From: Calcarisporiella thermophila CBS 279.70
Taxonomy: Eukaryota; Fungi; Calcarisporiellomycota
NCBI RefSeq assembly: GCF_041956535.1
Contig: NW_027192210.1
Span: 581,196-630,025 of the forward strand
Direction: 5' to 3'
Length of the DNA: 48,830 nt
Part shown: positions 23,470 to 35,028 of the stretch, piece by piece
Layout of the letters: every line of letters begins with the position of its first letter
Position numbering within the stretch: position 1 is the stretch's first letter
The notes under the pieces: model-generated
Seen by the model: only the letters and a program-made list of their open reading frames with translations
Told to the model about the DNA's origin: nothing
The model's database searches: none
Position numbers and translations under genes: made by a program

Positions 23470-25014
23470 TTACACGACCTCCTCCGCCCTTTCTCCTGGC
23501 TTGTCCTGCTTTGGGTCCTCAGCCTCAAGCTCAGCCTCTTTCTCCTTGATATCCGTATCCACCGAATCGTACGCATGCTCGTTCGCGTCACGGCGACGTT
23601 GCCGGATCTTCAATATCACCAGTGCGACGGAAAGTACCACCCAATACAGGCAATAGCCGGTGATGGTGCCGACGGAGGCAATATTGTTCCAGCCGAGGAT
23701 GGAGTTGAAAATGGCCCACCCACCGTTATTGCTGTAGTCCTCAGGGTTACAGCAAGTGAGATACCTGTCATTAGAAAACACGGGTTGTGGTTAGCTAGCT
23801 AACCCAATCGACTCCCGAAAGGAGGGATGGGCGGCGTTACCAAACATTGGTCAAAACATTGAACGTTCCAGTTTGGTCTCCTCCCTCTTCAGCCTCGCCG
23901 CCCCCGGTAGCGAGAGCCCAAGTGTGCTTCTCGAAGAAGCCAATGGCACGCGAGAACAGGCCGGCGGCAATCAGAAAGAGGATGTAGGTTGAGATGATGA
24001 AGAACCAGTGTAGTCGCATAATATTTCCGGTCCTAGACCCCATAAAAAAAAGGGAGTGAGGAGAGAGAGGAAAATGTATCCAAAGAATCTGCTAAATAGT
24101 CTACTTGTAGATGATGAAGCCAACCAAGGCCCCAGCGATAATCCCGCAGATGGCGGCAAGAGGAATGGAGGTTGCGGAAGCACCAATGGAGATCTATGAG
24201 GAGAGGTTAGTGAACCAAGCGAACCCATCGCGGAGAATCCATCTCCAAGACTTACACCGCCCAAAAAGACGACGGCCTCAAGCCCCTCACGCAACACGGT
24301 GATGAAGGGCAGCAGGAAGAAGGCGTAACGGCCAGCAAAGCCCTTCTGGTTTTCCTCGTTCACTTTTTTCGAGAGCTTTTTCTGCCACTTCTCCTGCATC
24401 CGGTTGGATTTGAGCATCATGATACCCATCAGGGTGATGAGCACCGTGGCAAGAAGAGAGAAGCAGCCTTCCCAGATATTCTCGCTCGATTCCCTACCAG
24501 AGCATGACGTTGAGTCCATAGCAGTCTACAGCAGAGCAGAGAGCAACAACTTACCAGAGGTTGGATGCTACGGTGTACCTAGCAATACGAATAATAAGGA
24601 TTTGTTAGCTAGACGTGAAGGAGGAACACGTACGTTTTATGGATATCAATAGGTCTGCTTATATATATACCAGACTGCAATGAAGGCTAATACCAAGAAA
24701 TGTGTTTTTTAGTCGTGATAGCTCTGTACCTAAAGGGGCGGACATATGGCAATTACCTGCACCAATGGCGACACTAATCAGGAGACCGGCCAACGTTCCG
24801 ATCCATACCTGAAGTGCTCAGTTCAGTTCGTCAGTTGCGCAAGGGAAGCAGCCAAAGACTTGGACTGTACCTGTCGGCGATAGCGCTTCAGTAGCTCAGG
24901 GTTGTCCACGAACATTTGCCGCAGGAATGTGAGCAGAACGGACACAATAATGGCGGCCTCGGTAGTCTCACGGAAGAGCACGAAGAAGATGGGGACGCTG
25001 AAGAGATCGGGCAT
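23470..25014 (-). CDS. FTR1: High-affinity iron permease, multi-exon
   Basis: MPDLFSVPIFFVLFRETTEAAIIVSVLL (REXXE 1), ENIWEG, FITVLREGLEAVVF (REXXE 2), LIAAGLFSR and GGWAIFNSILGWNNIASVGT. Includes 16-nt and 24-nt exons. Confidence 0.95.
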
Positions 25015-25177
25015 GGCGAGAGGAGGATGCGAAGGCGTTAGCGGGATGAGGAGCGTGAGAGAGAGGGCGACTTTGGTGACAGCGGGTGGCAGAAGCTTTG
25101 TTTTCCTGTGCACAAACGGTCTGCTTTTGTCACGCTTGCCGTGGAACGGGCGAGCCTCCCGATTGCATGAGAACTCA

Positions 25178-25267
25178 AACTGATAAGCGATCCAGCTTAT
25201 GACAAAAATCGCGCATTTCTGCTCCATTCTCGGCCATGTTAGCCAGGCATATTTTGTCAATCTGATT
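25178..25267. promoter_or_regulatory. Candidate iron-responsive GATA element(s) in the FTR1/FET3 bidirectional promoter
   Basis: AACTGATAA at 25178-25186 is one mismatch from ATCWGATAA (SreA/Urbs1-type consensus) and overlaps an inverted repeat, ATAAGC-N6-GCTTAT (25183-25200). ATCTGATT lies at about 25260. Confidence 0.45.
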
Positions 25268-25633
25268 TGCCTTTCCGGGCATGCGGATTGATTGCGTCGC
25301 CCGCGCGGATTGGGCGGGAGTCTGTGTCTGCTCGACGCTTATATTTTGCTTATGCTGCAGCTACATAAAACCTTGCGAAATCATACGATTTTGTGGTGCT
25401 CGCTTGCACACATCCTACTTCTCCCGCATGCCAGCGTTGGTGCTTTTTCCGGGTTTGGCCTGCGCAAATCCTTGGCAACGAACGCCATTCCACAGGGTGG
25501 CACTCGATCTCGACTCAATTGCGGCTCCGCACGCGCTGAGCTCTATTCTGTGTACAACCGCATCCTATTTGACACGGGCTCTCCTTCCTCAACCTCCCTC
25601 TCCTGTCCCCCCCTCTGCCTTCCTCGCGCCGCC

Positions 25634-27883
25634 ATGACAAGCAGTCTCGTCCTCGTCCTCGTCCTCCTGCTTGCAAGGGTGGCGAATGCCGCCAACGTCA
25701 CCGTCAATTGGGATATCACCTACGTCCAAGCCAACCCCGATGGGCAGTACCCGCGTCAAGTCGTCGGGGTCAATGGCAAATGGCCGTAAGTACGCTTGCG
25801 CCTTCATTTGCGCTCAAATGGCCCTGCACTGAATCTCACGCGCTTTCCTCTTGCCCTAGGCCTCCTCCTATTGTAGCCAATTACAGTGATACCTTGATTA
25901 TCAATGTCGTAAGTGTAGCTGATGTGTGAGAAATGCATTCTCGCCATCCCAATCACGCTTCTTTAATCTCTCCTCTCTCTTAAAGCACAATTCCCTCGAT
26001 GTTCCAACGAGTCTTCACTCGCATGGCCTGTTCCAAAACGGAACCGCATACTACGACGGCCCTGTTGGAGTCACGCAATGGTAAGAAGCGTGTACCTCAG
26101 TGGTCATGGGTGCGTTGTTTCTAATTCCGATTGCTCTCACCGAATAGCGGCATCCCTCCAGGAGCCAACTTCACCTACCAGATTCCTATCCAGCAGTGGG
26201 GCACGTACTGGATCCATTCGCACTACCGCGGCCAGTACGTGGACGGGCTGCGGGCCCCCCTTATATTGCACGCTCCAAAGGAACACTACACGTATGATCA
26301 AGAGTACACCGTAGTCGTGAGTGGTGAGTGTGCATCTGCTTGTTCTTCAGCTTCCATTTCGCCACGCCGACACCCCGGTTTTCTGACGCCTCTCTCTTAC
26401 TAGACTGGTACCATTATCAGAGCGAGGATCGGCTCAAGTGGTATCTCGGCATCTACAACCCAACCGGGGCGGAACCCACTCCTGGTAGACGGCTGCTCCT
26501 AGTGTTGATTCTCCCTGGAAAAGAATGCTAATGCTAACCTTTTGCCTCCCCTTGTACCAGACTCTGCACTGATCAATCACTCCCAGAACGAAACTTTTCA
26601 GTTTGCTCCCGGAAAAACGTACCGCCTGCGCGTGATCAATATGTCTGCCTTTGCCATGTTCCTCTTCTCCATCGACGGCCACGAAATGGACATCATTGAG
26701 GTGGACGGGGTAAGCAAGCCTCCTCTTTTTTTCGGCCAAGCAGCCTGAAATTGATCCACCGATCGATTCATTTTCCAGGTTGACGTCAATCGTACCACCG
26801 TCACCGGCTTCCCTATCACGGCAGCACAGCGCTATTCGGTTCTTGTCACCGCCAAGAATACCACCGATAAAAACTATCTCATCCACGCCGACATGGACAC
26901 CACCATGTTTGACTCTGTGCCTCCTGAGCTGAATCCAAGTATGTGCTCTATTTTTGCCTGTGCGATACCCGGAATAGAAGGAAGCTGACATTTCCCCCTC
27001 TTTAGATGTGACCGCCACGATCGTCTACAACGACACCGCCTCCACTGCAGACGCCTACACCGCTCCGTTCCCCGATGATTTCGACGACACAACCCTTGTT
27101 CCCGTGGTGGCCGAAGCCAGCGTCCCCGCGGACGTCCGGCACTACCTGGACGTGTTCTTCAACGTGCACGAGGACGGCACCAACCGCGCCATGTTCAACA
27201 ACATCACCTATGTAATGCCCAAGGTCCCCACGTTGCTGTCGCAGCTCAGCCTAGGCGAGCTGGCCAAGGACCCCGCGGTGTACGGCCGGCAAACCCAGGC
27301 GATTGTGCTCGAGCACAACAAGATGGTGGAGCTCGTGGTCACCAACTATGACGAGAACGCACACCCCTTCCACTTGCATGGCCACCAGTTCCAAGTGCTC
27401 GGCCGAGGAAACAGCACCCCCTACGACCCTGCCAGTGCCCCGCTACCCGAGAAGGCCAACCCGGTGCGCCGGGATACGGTCCAGATCCCGAAGGGCGGCT
27501 ACGTGGTGCTTCGTTTCAGAGCAGATAATCCGGGCGTGTGGTTCTTCCACTGCCACATCGAATGGCATCTTGAGGCGGGACTTGCCATGACCTTCATCGA
27601 GGCCCCCCTTGAGGCCCAGAAGCGAATCCGTCCTCCCCAGCAGATCTATGACCAGTGCCATGCGCTGGGCATCCAAACCAGCGGAAATGCGGCGGGCAAG
27701 AATGGTACTGATCTGGAGGGCGCCCCCTATGGCCCCTTCCCTCTGCCGGGCAGGTTTACCCCCAAGGGCATCGGGGCCCTCGCCGCCACCATCATTTCGG
27801 CCCTCATTGGGCTGGGAGTGGTCATCTGGTATGCGCAAGACGACAAAAAGACCATCATGCGGAGGAATGGGGGCGCGGAGTAA
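25634..27883 (+). CDS. FET3: Multicopper ferroxidase, multi-exon
   Basis: Signal peptide. Copper motifs HSHG, WIHSH, HPFHLHGH and HCHIEWHLEAGL. C-terminal TM helix (GIGALAATIISALIGLGVVIWY). Divergent from FTR1. Confidence 0.95.
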
Positions 27884-28253
27884 AGGATGCTTTCCCTTTC
27901 TCTTATTTACTATATCAATATATTTAATTCTTCTTGCGAGCATTTTCATAATGAATTTTTTGATAATTTTGTAATAAATACTAGGCTATTTAATACTCCA
28001 AGTCTTCACAAGCCAGCCAAGGAGGCCTTTGGTAAAGTGAGGAACAGCGGAGAAGGCTAGAGGAGATTTTTTTGAGTAGAATAAGGACAACATCACCTCA
28101 AGAGGACAACAGAGGATTTCAAGCAAGCATAACAATACGGCTTTTCGAGAGAGAAATCTCGTATAAATAATCCCCTATCATGGTTTTAGAGTATCGAAAA
28201 AGGTATTGGGCCAGATGAATTTTTTTTATCGAGGCTGCCAGAGAGAGGCTATT

Positions 28254-29989
28254 TTAGATGGACTCCAATTTTGCCTCCGAAAGAATATCCTCAGGAGTCA
28301 GGTTGTACATCTCGTCGAAGAGGGCGGCACGAAAAGTGCCCGGTCCCTTGACGTCAGCTCGTTTGGCAGCGTGTTCGGAAGCAATCCCCAAGAACAAAAG
28401 CCTGTTACGTCAAGACCGAGGCCCGCGTTAAAGGAAAGAATCCAGCCAGTGAAACCAGTAACAGACTCACCCTCCAATGGCGGAAATCAGATAGTCTTTC
28501 TCCTCTTCCACCCCGGCAAAACAAGCAATCAAGCTGGTGGCCATACAGCCAGATCCAGTGATGTGAGCAAGGTATTCGTGTCCGTTGGCAATGGAAAAGG
28601 TGCGCTCTCCATCAGAAACAAAATCAACCTTACCGGACATGGCAATCACATTGTCTATTTTGATAAATGAGAAGAGTTAGAGCGCGATCGGAAACTAGGT
28701 GTCCGAGTAGAGGAAGCAAGATAAAATGACTCACGCTCAATCTTCGCCAGCCGACTAACAATAGACGCTGGATCTTTCGCTTCCCCAATGCTATCTACCC
28801 CTCGCATTTTCACTGCCTCCCCGGCAAGGGTTGCGATCTCACCGTAGTTCCCTTTGATAATATCGATATAAGCTTGCTCCAACAGTCGGTTGCAAGTGGA
28901 TCTGCGCAATTCGGTTGCCCCCGCTCCTACCGGATCGCATACGACAGGGATTTTGTGATTGTTCGACACTTGGGCTGAAAAGCATGAGAAAAGACGGTCA
29001 GATTCAAAGCCGATTCAACTGCGAATCGAAGGGGGATTACCTGCCCATATCATCGATTCGACCCAGTCTTCCGTCAGGGTTCCCAGATTGACCACCAAAG
29101 CCTTGTTAATCCGTGCTAGCTCCTCGTGCTCCTTCTTGCAGTGAGCCATAATTGGACTCGCTCCGATGGCCAGCGTCGCATTGGCTAGCTCGTTCATAGT
29201 GACAAAATTGGTGATCTGTTGGACCATGGGCGTTTTTTTTCGAATGTCGGCAAGGCGCTGGGCCACCTTCTCAACTATCTCTCGGGTTGTGGTGCTCCTC
29301 ACCGCAGGTGGAAGAGCCGAGAGCGATGGGCGAGTATACGGAGATATTTTTTCGATAAGTTGACGCGAAGCATGGGTTGGGTCCGAAGCGGCAATAATAT
29401 CCGAGACCACTGCTACACCAGAGAGTTGTAGAGAAGGAGTAGCCGATTTGCGGAGAATGCGCTCTACATTGTGGTGTTTAATTCCGCCTATGGTAACTAC
29501 GGGAATGGGGGATGATTTCAGGGAGGTGAGAAGTTCGCGTAATCCCTTGATCCCAAGAGGAGTACGCGTCAGGGATTTGGTGGCAGTGTCGTACACGGCT
29601 CCAATAGATATGTAATCAGCTCCGTCTTGAATAGCGCGTTGCGCTTCTTCTACATCGTGCACAGAGATGCCGACGACTTTGCCTGGAAAGAGGCGACGCA
29701 CCTCCTTTAATGGCATATCGTCCTGACCAATATGAACACCATCAGCATCAATGGCTTGGGCGACATCCAGTCGATCATTGATGAGAAGTGGTACATTCTG
29801 TTTGCGGCACTCCTGTTGAACACGCTTAGCAATGTCAACGAAATGAGCGGTGTCGAGGTTTTTTTCTCGGAGTTGCACAAGAGTAACTCCACCTTCGATA
29901 GCCTGGGCGACCGTAGTGGGAAGATCGCGGCCTGGCGGCAGGAGGCCAGAGTCCGTTACAAGGTAGAGCGAGTAATCGATCTTGGACAT
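28254..29989 (-). CDS. THI6: Bifunctional thiamine-phosphate synthase / hydroxyethylthiazole kinase, multi-exon
   Basis: TMP synthase domain: MSKIDYSLYLVTD, VQLREK, LINDRLDVA..DGVHIGQDD, TATK. THZ kinase domain: QITNFVTMN..ANATLAIGASPIMA, DPVGAGAT..R, IKGNYGEI, ITGSGCM, GPGTFRAALFD. Confidence 0.95.
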
Positions 29990-31157
29990 GGAGCAATAGA
30001 GTTGGGCAACTTTTTCGAGAATGCAAATGCTCGAATAATGAAATCCCCCTGCAAGTAGATTGCAAGTCACACGGGGGCTTTCGTTTGGCGAGGATATTAA
30101 GTTGGAACCAAATTTGATCTAGGAATCAGTGTGCAGGAAATGGATCCTTTAAACTTACCTTGATTTCTATACAGTGCCGGGAATTAGTTCGCATCCTCTT
30201 TATGATTTACGGGGATCACCCCCGACCTACTTTCACAATATACTGCTTCGCTAAATGGAATAGAGAGATCATAGAGACTGCGGCCTAATTCATGGAAATA
30301 TCATATCACTTTAAGAGGAGGAAGTATTTACTAGAAACTATTCCTGGTTAGTTCTTCATTTAGATCCGTCATCCCTGGATAGGATCTTCAAAGCCTAAGT
30401 AACTCTATCGAGATACGTGAACGGATTTTTTTTCCTAAAAATAACCTAAACTAAACCTGATTTTTTCAAGCTTCACTTTTAATCGAATGTTATTGTATCT
30501 ATCCTCATCCTGATCTATGTCAATTTCATAGAAAAATCTACAAAAAACTCATTATTCATTTTGCTAGAAAATAAAAATAATCTTATATATATTATATAAT
30601 CAATGTATTAATCGCAAGCCAACCCCATATAAAATATTATTGTTTTGTGCACGTAGGGCAAACAATGTATTTAGCTTGAGAGTAAGATGTATTAAATGTG
30701 TTGCGTTGGAGAAAGGAGTTATGTAGTAGGGAAGGATTATAGCAGCTATTTGATCGCTATCCTAACTTGCCTGTTAATCCAAAAGCAGACTGCTATTTAA
30801 GATAGGAGATGTCGAGAACCTGCTAAGATAAAAATTTGATTTTGAATCCTTTACTACAGTAAAATTATCACTCTTTTTAAAATGTTGCTAGATAAGCTTA
30901 TGCCTCATAACAAATAATCAAAGAATAGCTCAATACGCAATATAAGTATAGCAGTTGCCAGTTTTCAATGAAGCCAAGAAAATCCTCAATAAAACTAAAA
31001 TAAATGATAATGCTCAGATAAACTAAAATAGTCTTTATCATATCCCCAAAACGGTCCCACAACTTTATTTTCCACGGTAGCCTATTTTCGCCGTAATAAA
31101 TGCTATAGATAGCTTCTACAAAACTATAGCTGCCAATGTTTTTTATATCCATTTTTC

Positions 31158-31513
31158 TTATTGTACAATCACCGTTCCCGTCATATCTGGATGTATTGCA
31201 TCGTGGTATGGAAATGTTCCACGAGTTGAAAACATACGGGTAAATGACGCTATGGCAAAATATTCTTAAGCTAAAGCCTCTCACGCCTAGCATCTATCTA
31301 GATAACTTACCACCAGGATATATAACTCCAGAGTCCCATCCCCCCCCCATCGCCAGTGCAGGTATGATCAACATTGTCATTATTTGTCCATCTTACCGCG
31401 TCGCCAATATTTATCGTCACTTGCTGGGGTACAAATCTAAAACCTTCCAATACAATATTAGTTGCGGCTAAAACGACGCTCAGCGAAGCTAGATAGATTA
31501 GTAAGATTTGCAT
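31158..31513 (-). CDS. Small secreted cupredoxin (plastocyanin/amicyanin-like), frameshifted as assembled at a G9 tract; 2 exons
   Basis: Signal peptide, then FRFVPQQVTINIGDAVRWTNNDNVDHT. Removing one G from 31340-31348 and splicing intron 31310-31250 gives WDSGVIYPG|ASFTRMFSTRGTFPYHDAIHPDMTGTVIVQ* (97 aa). Confidence 0.78.
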
Positions 31514-32476
31514 TTCAATATGTCAATAATTGCAGTTGTGATTTGGGGAAATTAACTAAAGATTCGTTTATGAGGAGTATATACAGTAAAATTTTTTAAA
31601 TTATAAACGCGTCTCATATTTATACTCTTGCTAAAACAAATTCATATATGATGCGGCGAAATAGATCTAGCATAAACACAGGATTTTGGAAATAATAATA
31701 ACCAATATATCTTTGCAATGGAAAGCCTGATTTCGCCAAATCATTTCTGGCCATTATATGAATTGAACAAAAAAGGAAATTAATCAAGGGCGGGGTTAAT
31801 CAAGTATGAAAAGATATGCATTTTATAAATATCGCTTTTTATAAATCATAGATAATTCACCTGTTTATTAATGATGTGTACACAATTCCAAGCTTCCTCT
31901 GCATTATACCATAGACCTTAACGATGTAAACTAGCCCTATGCTTTCCTACTCCGCTTCTTCGCATTAATGGTCTTATTCTTTACCATCCTTTGACCATAG
32001 CTGAATTTCTGCTTCAACTTGCTCCATAGAGTCGAGAGACTAGAAGGTCCGCTCCAGTGCATTTATCCTGTTAGTTCGTAATCATTTTTTTGATGTATGA
32101 TGAAATTATAATGACACTATACTATGAACTCCAAAAGATGCATACTCAGACTTTTTTTTGAACTCCACAGCGAATTAGTTTCAACTCTTTAAACAAGTCT
32201 TGGAATATGTTCCTAATAACATTGTAGATGGCCTATATCTAGTTAATACTTTACCTACTCGTTCTCCTAGGAGAGCTACCAAAATATTGAATCATATATT
32301 TAAGCAGGCTGCGTCCACTGATTTATACAGACATTTTCGCTTTATAAAAACTTTTCGTGTTCTTGACTAGCCAATCAGATTTGATTACTCTCCTTGGAAA
32401 AAACGCCAGATATAAACCCAGGCAAGAGCGGTGGCAAACTTCTCCCAAGTCCTTTTTTTGCATTCAAGGCTCGAAA

Positions 32477-34138
32477 ATGACGGGGACACGCTACCTAGAA
32501 CACGATATTTTTCCTACCAAAACCATTACTACTGAAGAGATTGCGCATGCAATGAATAGAGACGCATTGCGAATCCTCCAAGAATCTCCTCCAGACGCCC
32601 AAAGAAAGCATTCTGATGTCTATATAGGTTTGTCGAGCTCAATTCCCACGCACCAATGTCTCATCTAGATTACATTCATGTCGAACCTTTTTGCTTGATG
32701 GCATAGGTGCTGCCGGACTTGCACTGTTGTTCTTGAAGATTTATGAAAAAGACCCCGGTAAATTGGCTATATTTGAAATGATAATTATGGTCTAAATCTA
32801 GCTCACACGGGTTTGTTTTCAGGATATATGCTGGGGAGCCGCACAGCTCTGAGTGTAGCGGATGACTATGTTACAGCCGCTCTCAAAATTGTACATAGAA
32901 GATCAAACGAAAGCGTTGCGTATCCAGAATTTCCGCAGCCAATGACTTTGACAGGTCATATCTTGGACCAGTGCGGATTTTTACATACACCGGTTGGAAC
33001 GCATGCAGTTGCTGCCGTGGGTAATTATTACATTCCTCTCCATGTATCAACGTGAATCTAGGTCTTCATTTGATCTCGTTATTTCATTTAACAGTCAATC
33101 TGCATATGGGAAATGACGAGGCAGCTGCTGATCAGTTGAGGCATGTTGTTCAGTACGGAAAGGCAGTGCATTCTCACCATACGCCAAGCGAGTGCATGGT
33201 GGGTCGTGCGGGCTACCTCTATGCTCTCAAATTTTTGATCCATCATCTTCCTGATCCAATGATTCAAGAAAACCTTCCCATTGAGACCACGGTTGATGCA
33301 ACTCTAGATGCTATTATCGAGGACGGCCGTCGCACTGCGGCCGAACTTAAACTCACAAACACGCCTCTTGCCTGGGTGTTCCACGATAGCCTTTACTTGG
33401 GCGCAGCACATGGGTGCATTGGGATTCTTGGCACTCTTCTCGCCACCTTCCCGGACAAAGTAAAAAAATATGAACTAGAAATTAGGCAAGCCCTTGATTG
33501 GGTGTTGACGCACCGATTGCCGGATGGGAATATCTCCACGCGTGCAGGACGCCACGGCACGACCGAGGGCTCAAGTTTAGTTCATTGGTGTCATGGTGCT
33601 CCGGGGGCCAGCCTTGTAGCATGCAAAGCTTATGAAGTATTCAAAGATGTCAAGTACCTAAAGATAGCCCAGGAAATGGCCGAGATTACTTGGAAGTATG
33701 GGCTTCTCCGAAAGGGACCAGGTGAGTAGTCCAATCTGATTTGAAGAACAGCTCCACTAATGTCATTTCGTCCCCCATTCTCGGGTAATTTCCCCCGCCT
33801 CCTAGGACTATGTCACGGAATTAGCGGAAACGCCTACGTGTTCCTTACACTGAGCAGGATGAGCGAAGATGATTCGCAATTCCAGCGGGCGCTGCGATTT
33901 GCGCAGGTCTGTACGGAATGGGAAGAGCTCACTAAAACAGGGAAATTGCAAGTGCCCGACAAACCATGGAGTTTGTTCGAAGGTTTGGCCGGAAGTGTCT
34001 GGTGAGTAGGGGAAGGTGTGTTATTGGTTCGAAATTCTTCTTTACTTACACTCTCTTATCGGGCGTAGGCTCCTTACTGAACTTGCATACTGGGATCCAA
34101 GCCTCTTCCGTGGTTTCCCCTGCTTCTCAGATCTTTGA
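32477..34138 (+). CDS. LanC-like protein (lanthionine synthetase C-like, LanCL), multi-exon
   Basis: DVYIG|AAGLAL, ECMVGRAGYLYAL, YLGAAHG, VHWCHGAPG, GLLRKGP|GLCHGISGNAY, PDKPWSLFEGLAG and GFPCF. The Zn ligands Cys/Cys/His are present. Confidence 0.92.
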
Positions 34139-34758
34139 ACTAGGATATTGTATCTAATTAGCACTCGTATCCTTATGATCTTAGGTCCTTTTATTCATTC
34201 GGTTGTTTCAAATGTAATGCCAGTGACTTTATTTTGGAATACATAATGTAGTGTAGCTTGACTTCGAGATGGGCAAATAATGACAGGATTTGCAGCGAAA
34301 CTCTCAACAGTAGATCGAAATGGAACAAATGGTAGCCATGCCTTTGGCATTTTAGCGAAGCAAAGGTTTATCCAGTCCTTCATAACCCTTCTTGAAATAC
34401 ACCGATGGGGGCTATCAGAAAACATCCTAATTTCACGGATAGGCATTGTTCTTCGCATGGTGCATTTTTATTAAAGGAAAAGGGCAACATATCCAAGATG
34501 AAGTATAGGAGGACGAGTAGGGTATGAAAAAGTAAATACACGTCAGAGCAATTATGGGGTGCAAGGCACCTTCGAATCATACTTCGTGAACCATAAACTG
34601 GTATGGATCAAAGACACTCACAGCCGTAGACTATCTCAAGTACGGCTGGGTCGAACTGCGACATGAATCTTGGTAACCAAGAGCCATTCACTCAATGAAG
34701 AGAAGCTAACGCACTTATTATGAAATAAGCTCGTGGAGTTTGGGTTCTATAGGGTAGC

Positions 34759-35028
34759 TTACACCGGCGGTGGAGCATGCGCCGGAGCCATTTGAGGATA
34801 AGCAACGGGTTGGGCGAACATGCCTCCACGACGCCGCGCAAATAGGTCCTTAATTCTTCGGAAAAAGAGGCACGCGCAAAAGCAACAGCACAATACAACC
34901 GATCCGAACACAATTAAAAAGATCGCCCAAGCGGCGAGAGCTGCCCCGCGTCCATGGGACGAGTAGACTACCTTTGCTAAGTGCGGCGTGTGCTGAGTTA
35001 GGTTAGTTTGGATTTGCGTCTCATCCAT
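34759..35028 (-). CDS. Small single-pass membrane protein with a juxtamembrane Cys cluster and Pro-rich tail (89 aa)
   Basis: MDETQIQ...ALAAWAIFLIVFGSVVLCCCFCACLFFRRIK...QPVAYPQMAPAHAPPPV. One TM helix, a palmitoylation-like Cys run and a positive-inside RR. Confidence 0.65.
   Translation of the reverse strand: MDETQIQTNLTQHTPHLAKVVYSSHGRGAALAAWAIFLIVFGSVVLCCCFCACLFFRRIKDLFARRRGGMFAQPVAYPQMAPAHAPPPV

Noticed and set aside
25281-25637. ORFs spanning the FTR1/FET3 intergenic region
   Set aside because: No recognisable domain. The FET3 signal peptide starts at ATG 25634, so these are promoter or UTR sequence.
29990-30700. Possible TPP riboswitch upstream of THI6
   Set aside because: I found no CUGAGA core with the matching conserved downstream elements on the coding strand.
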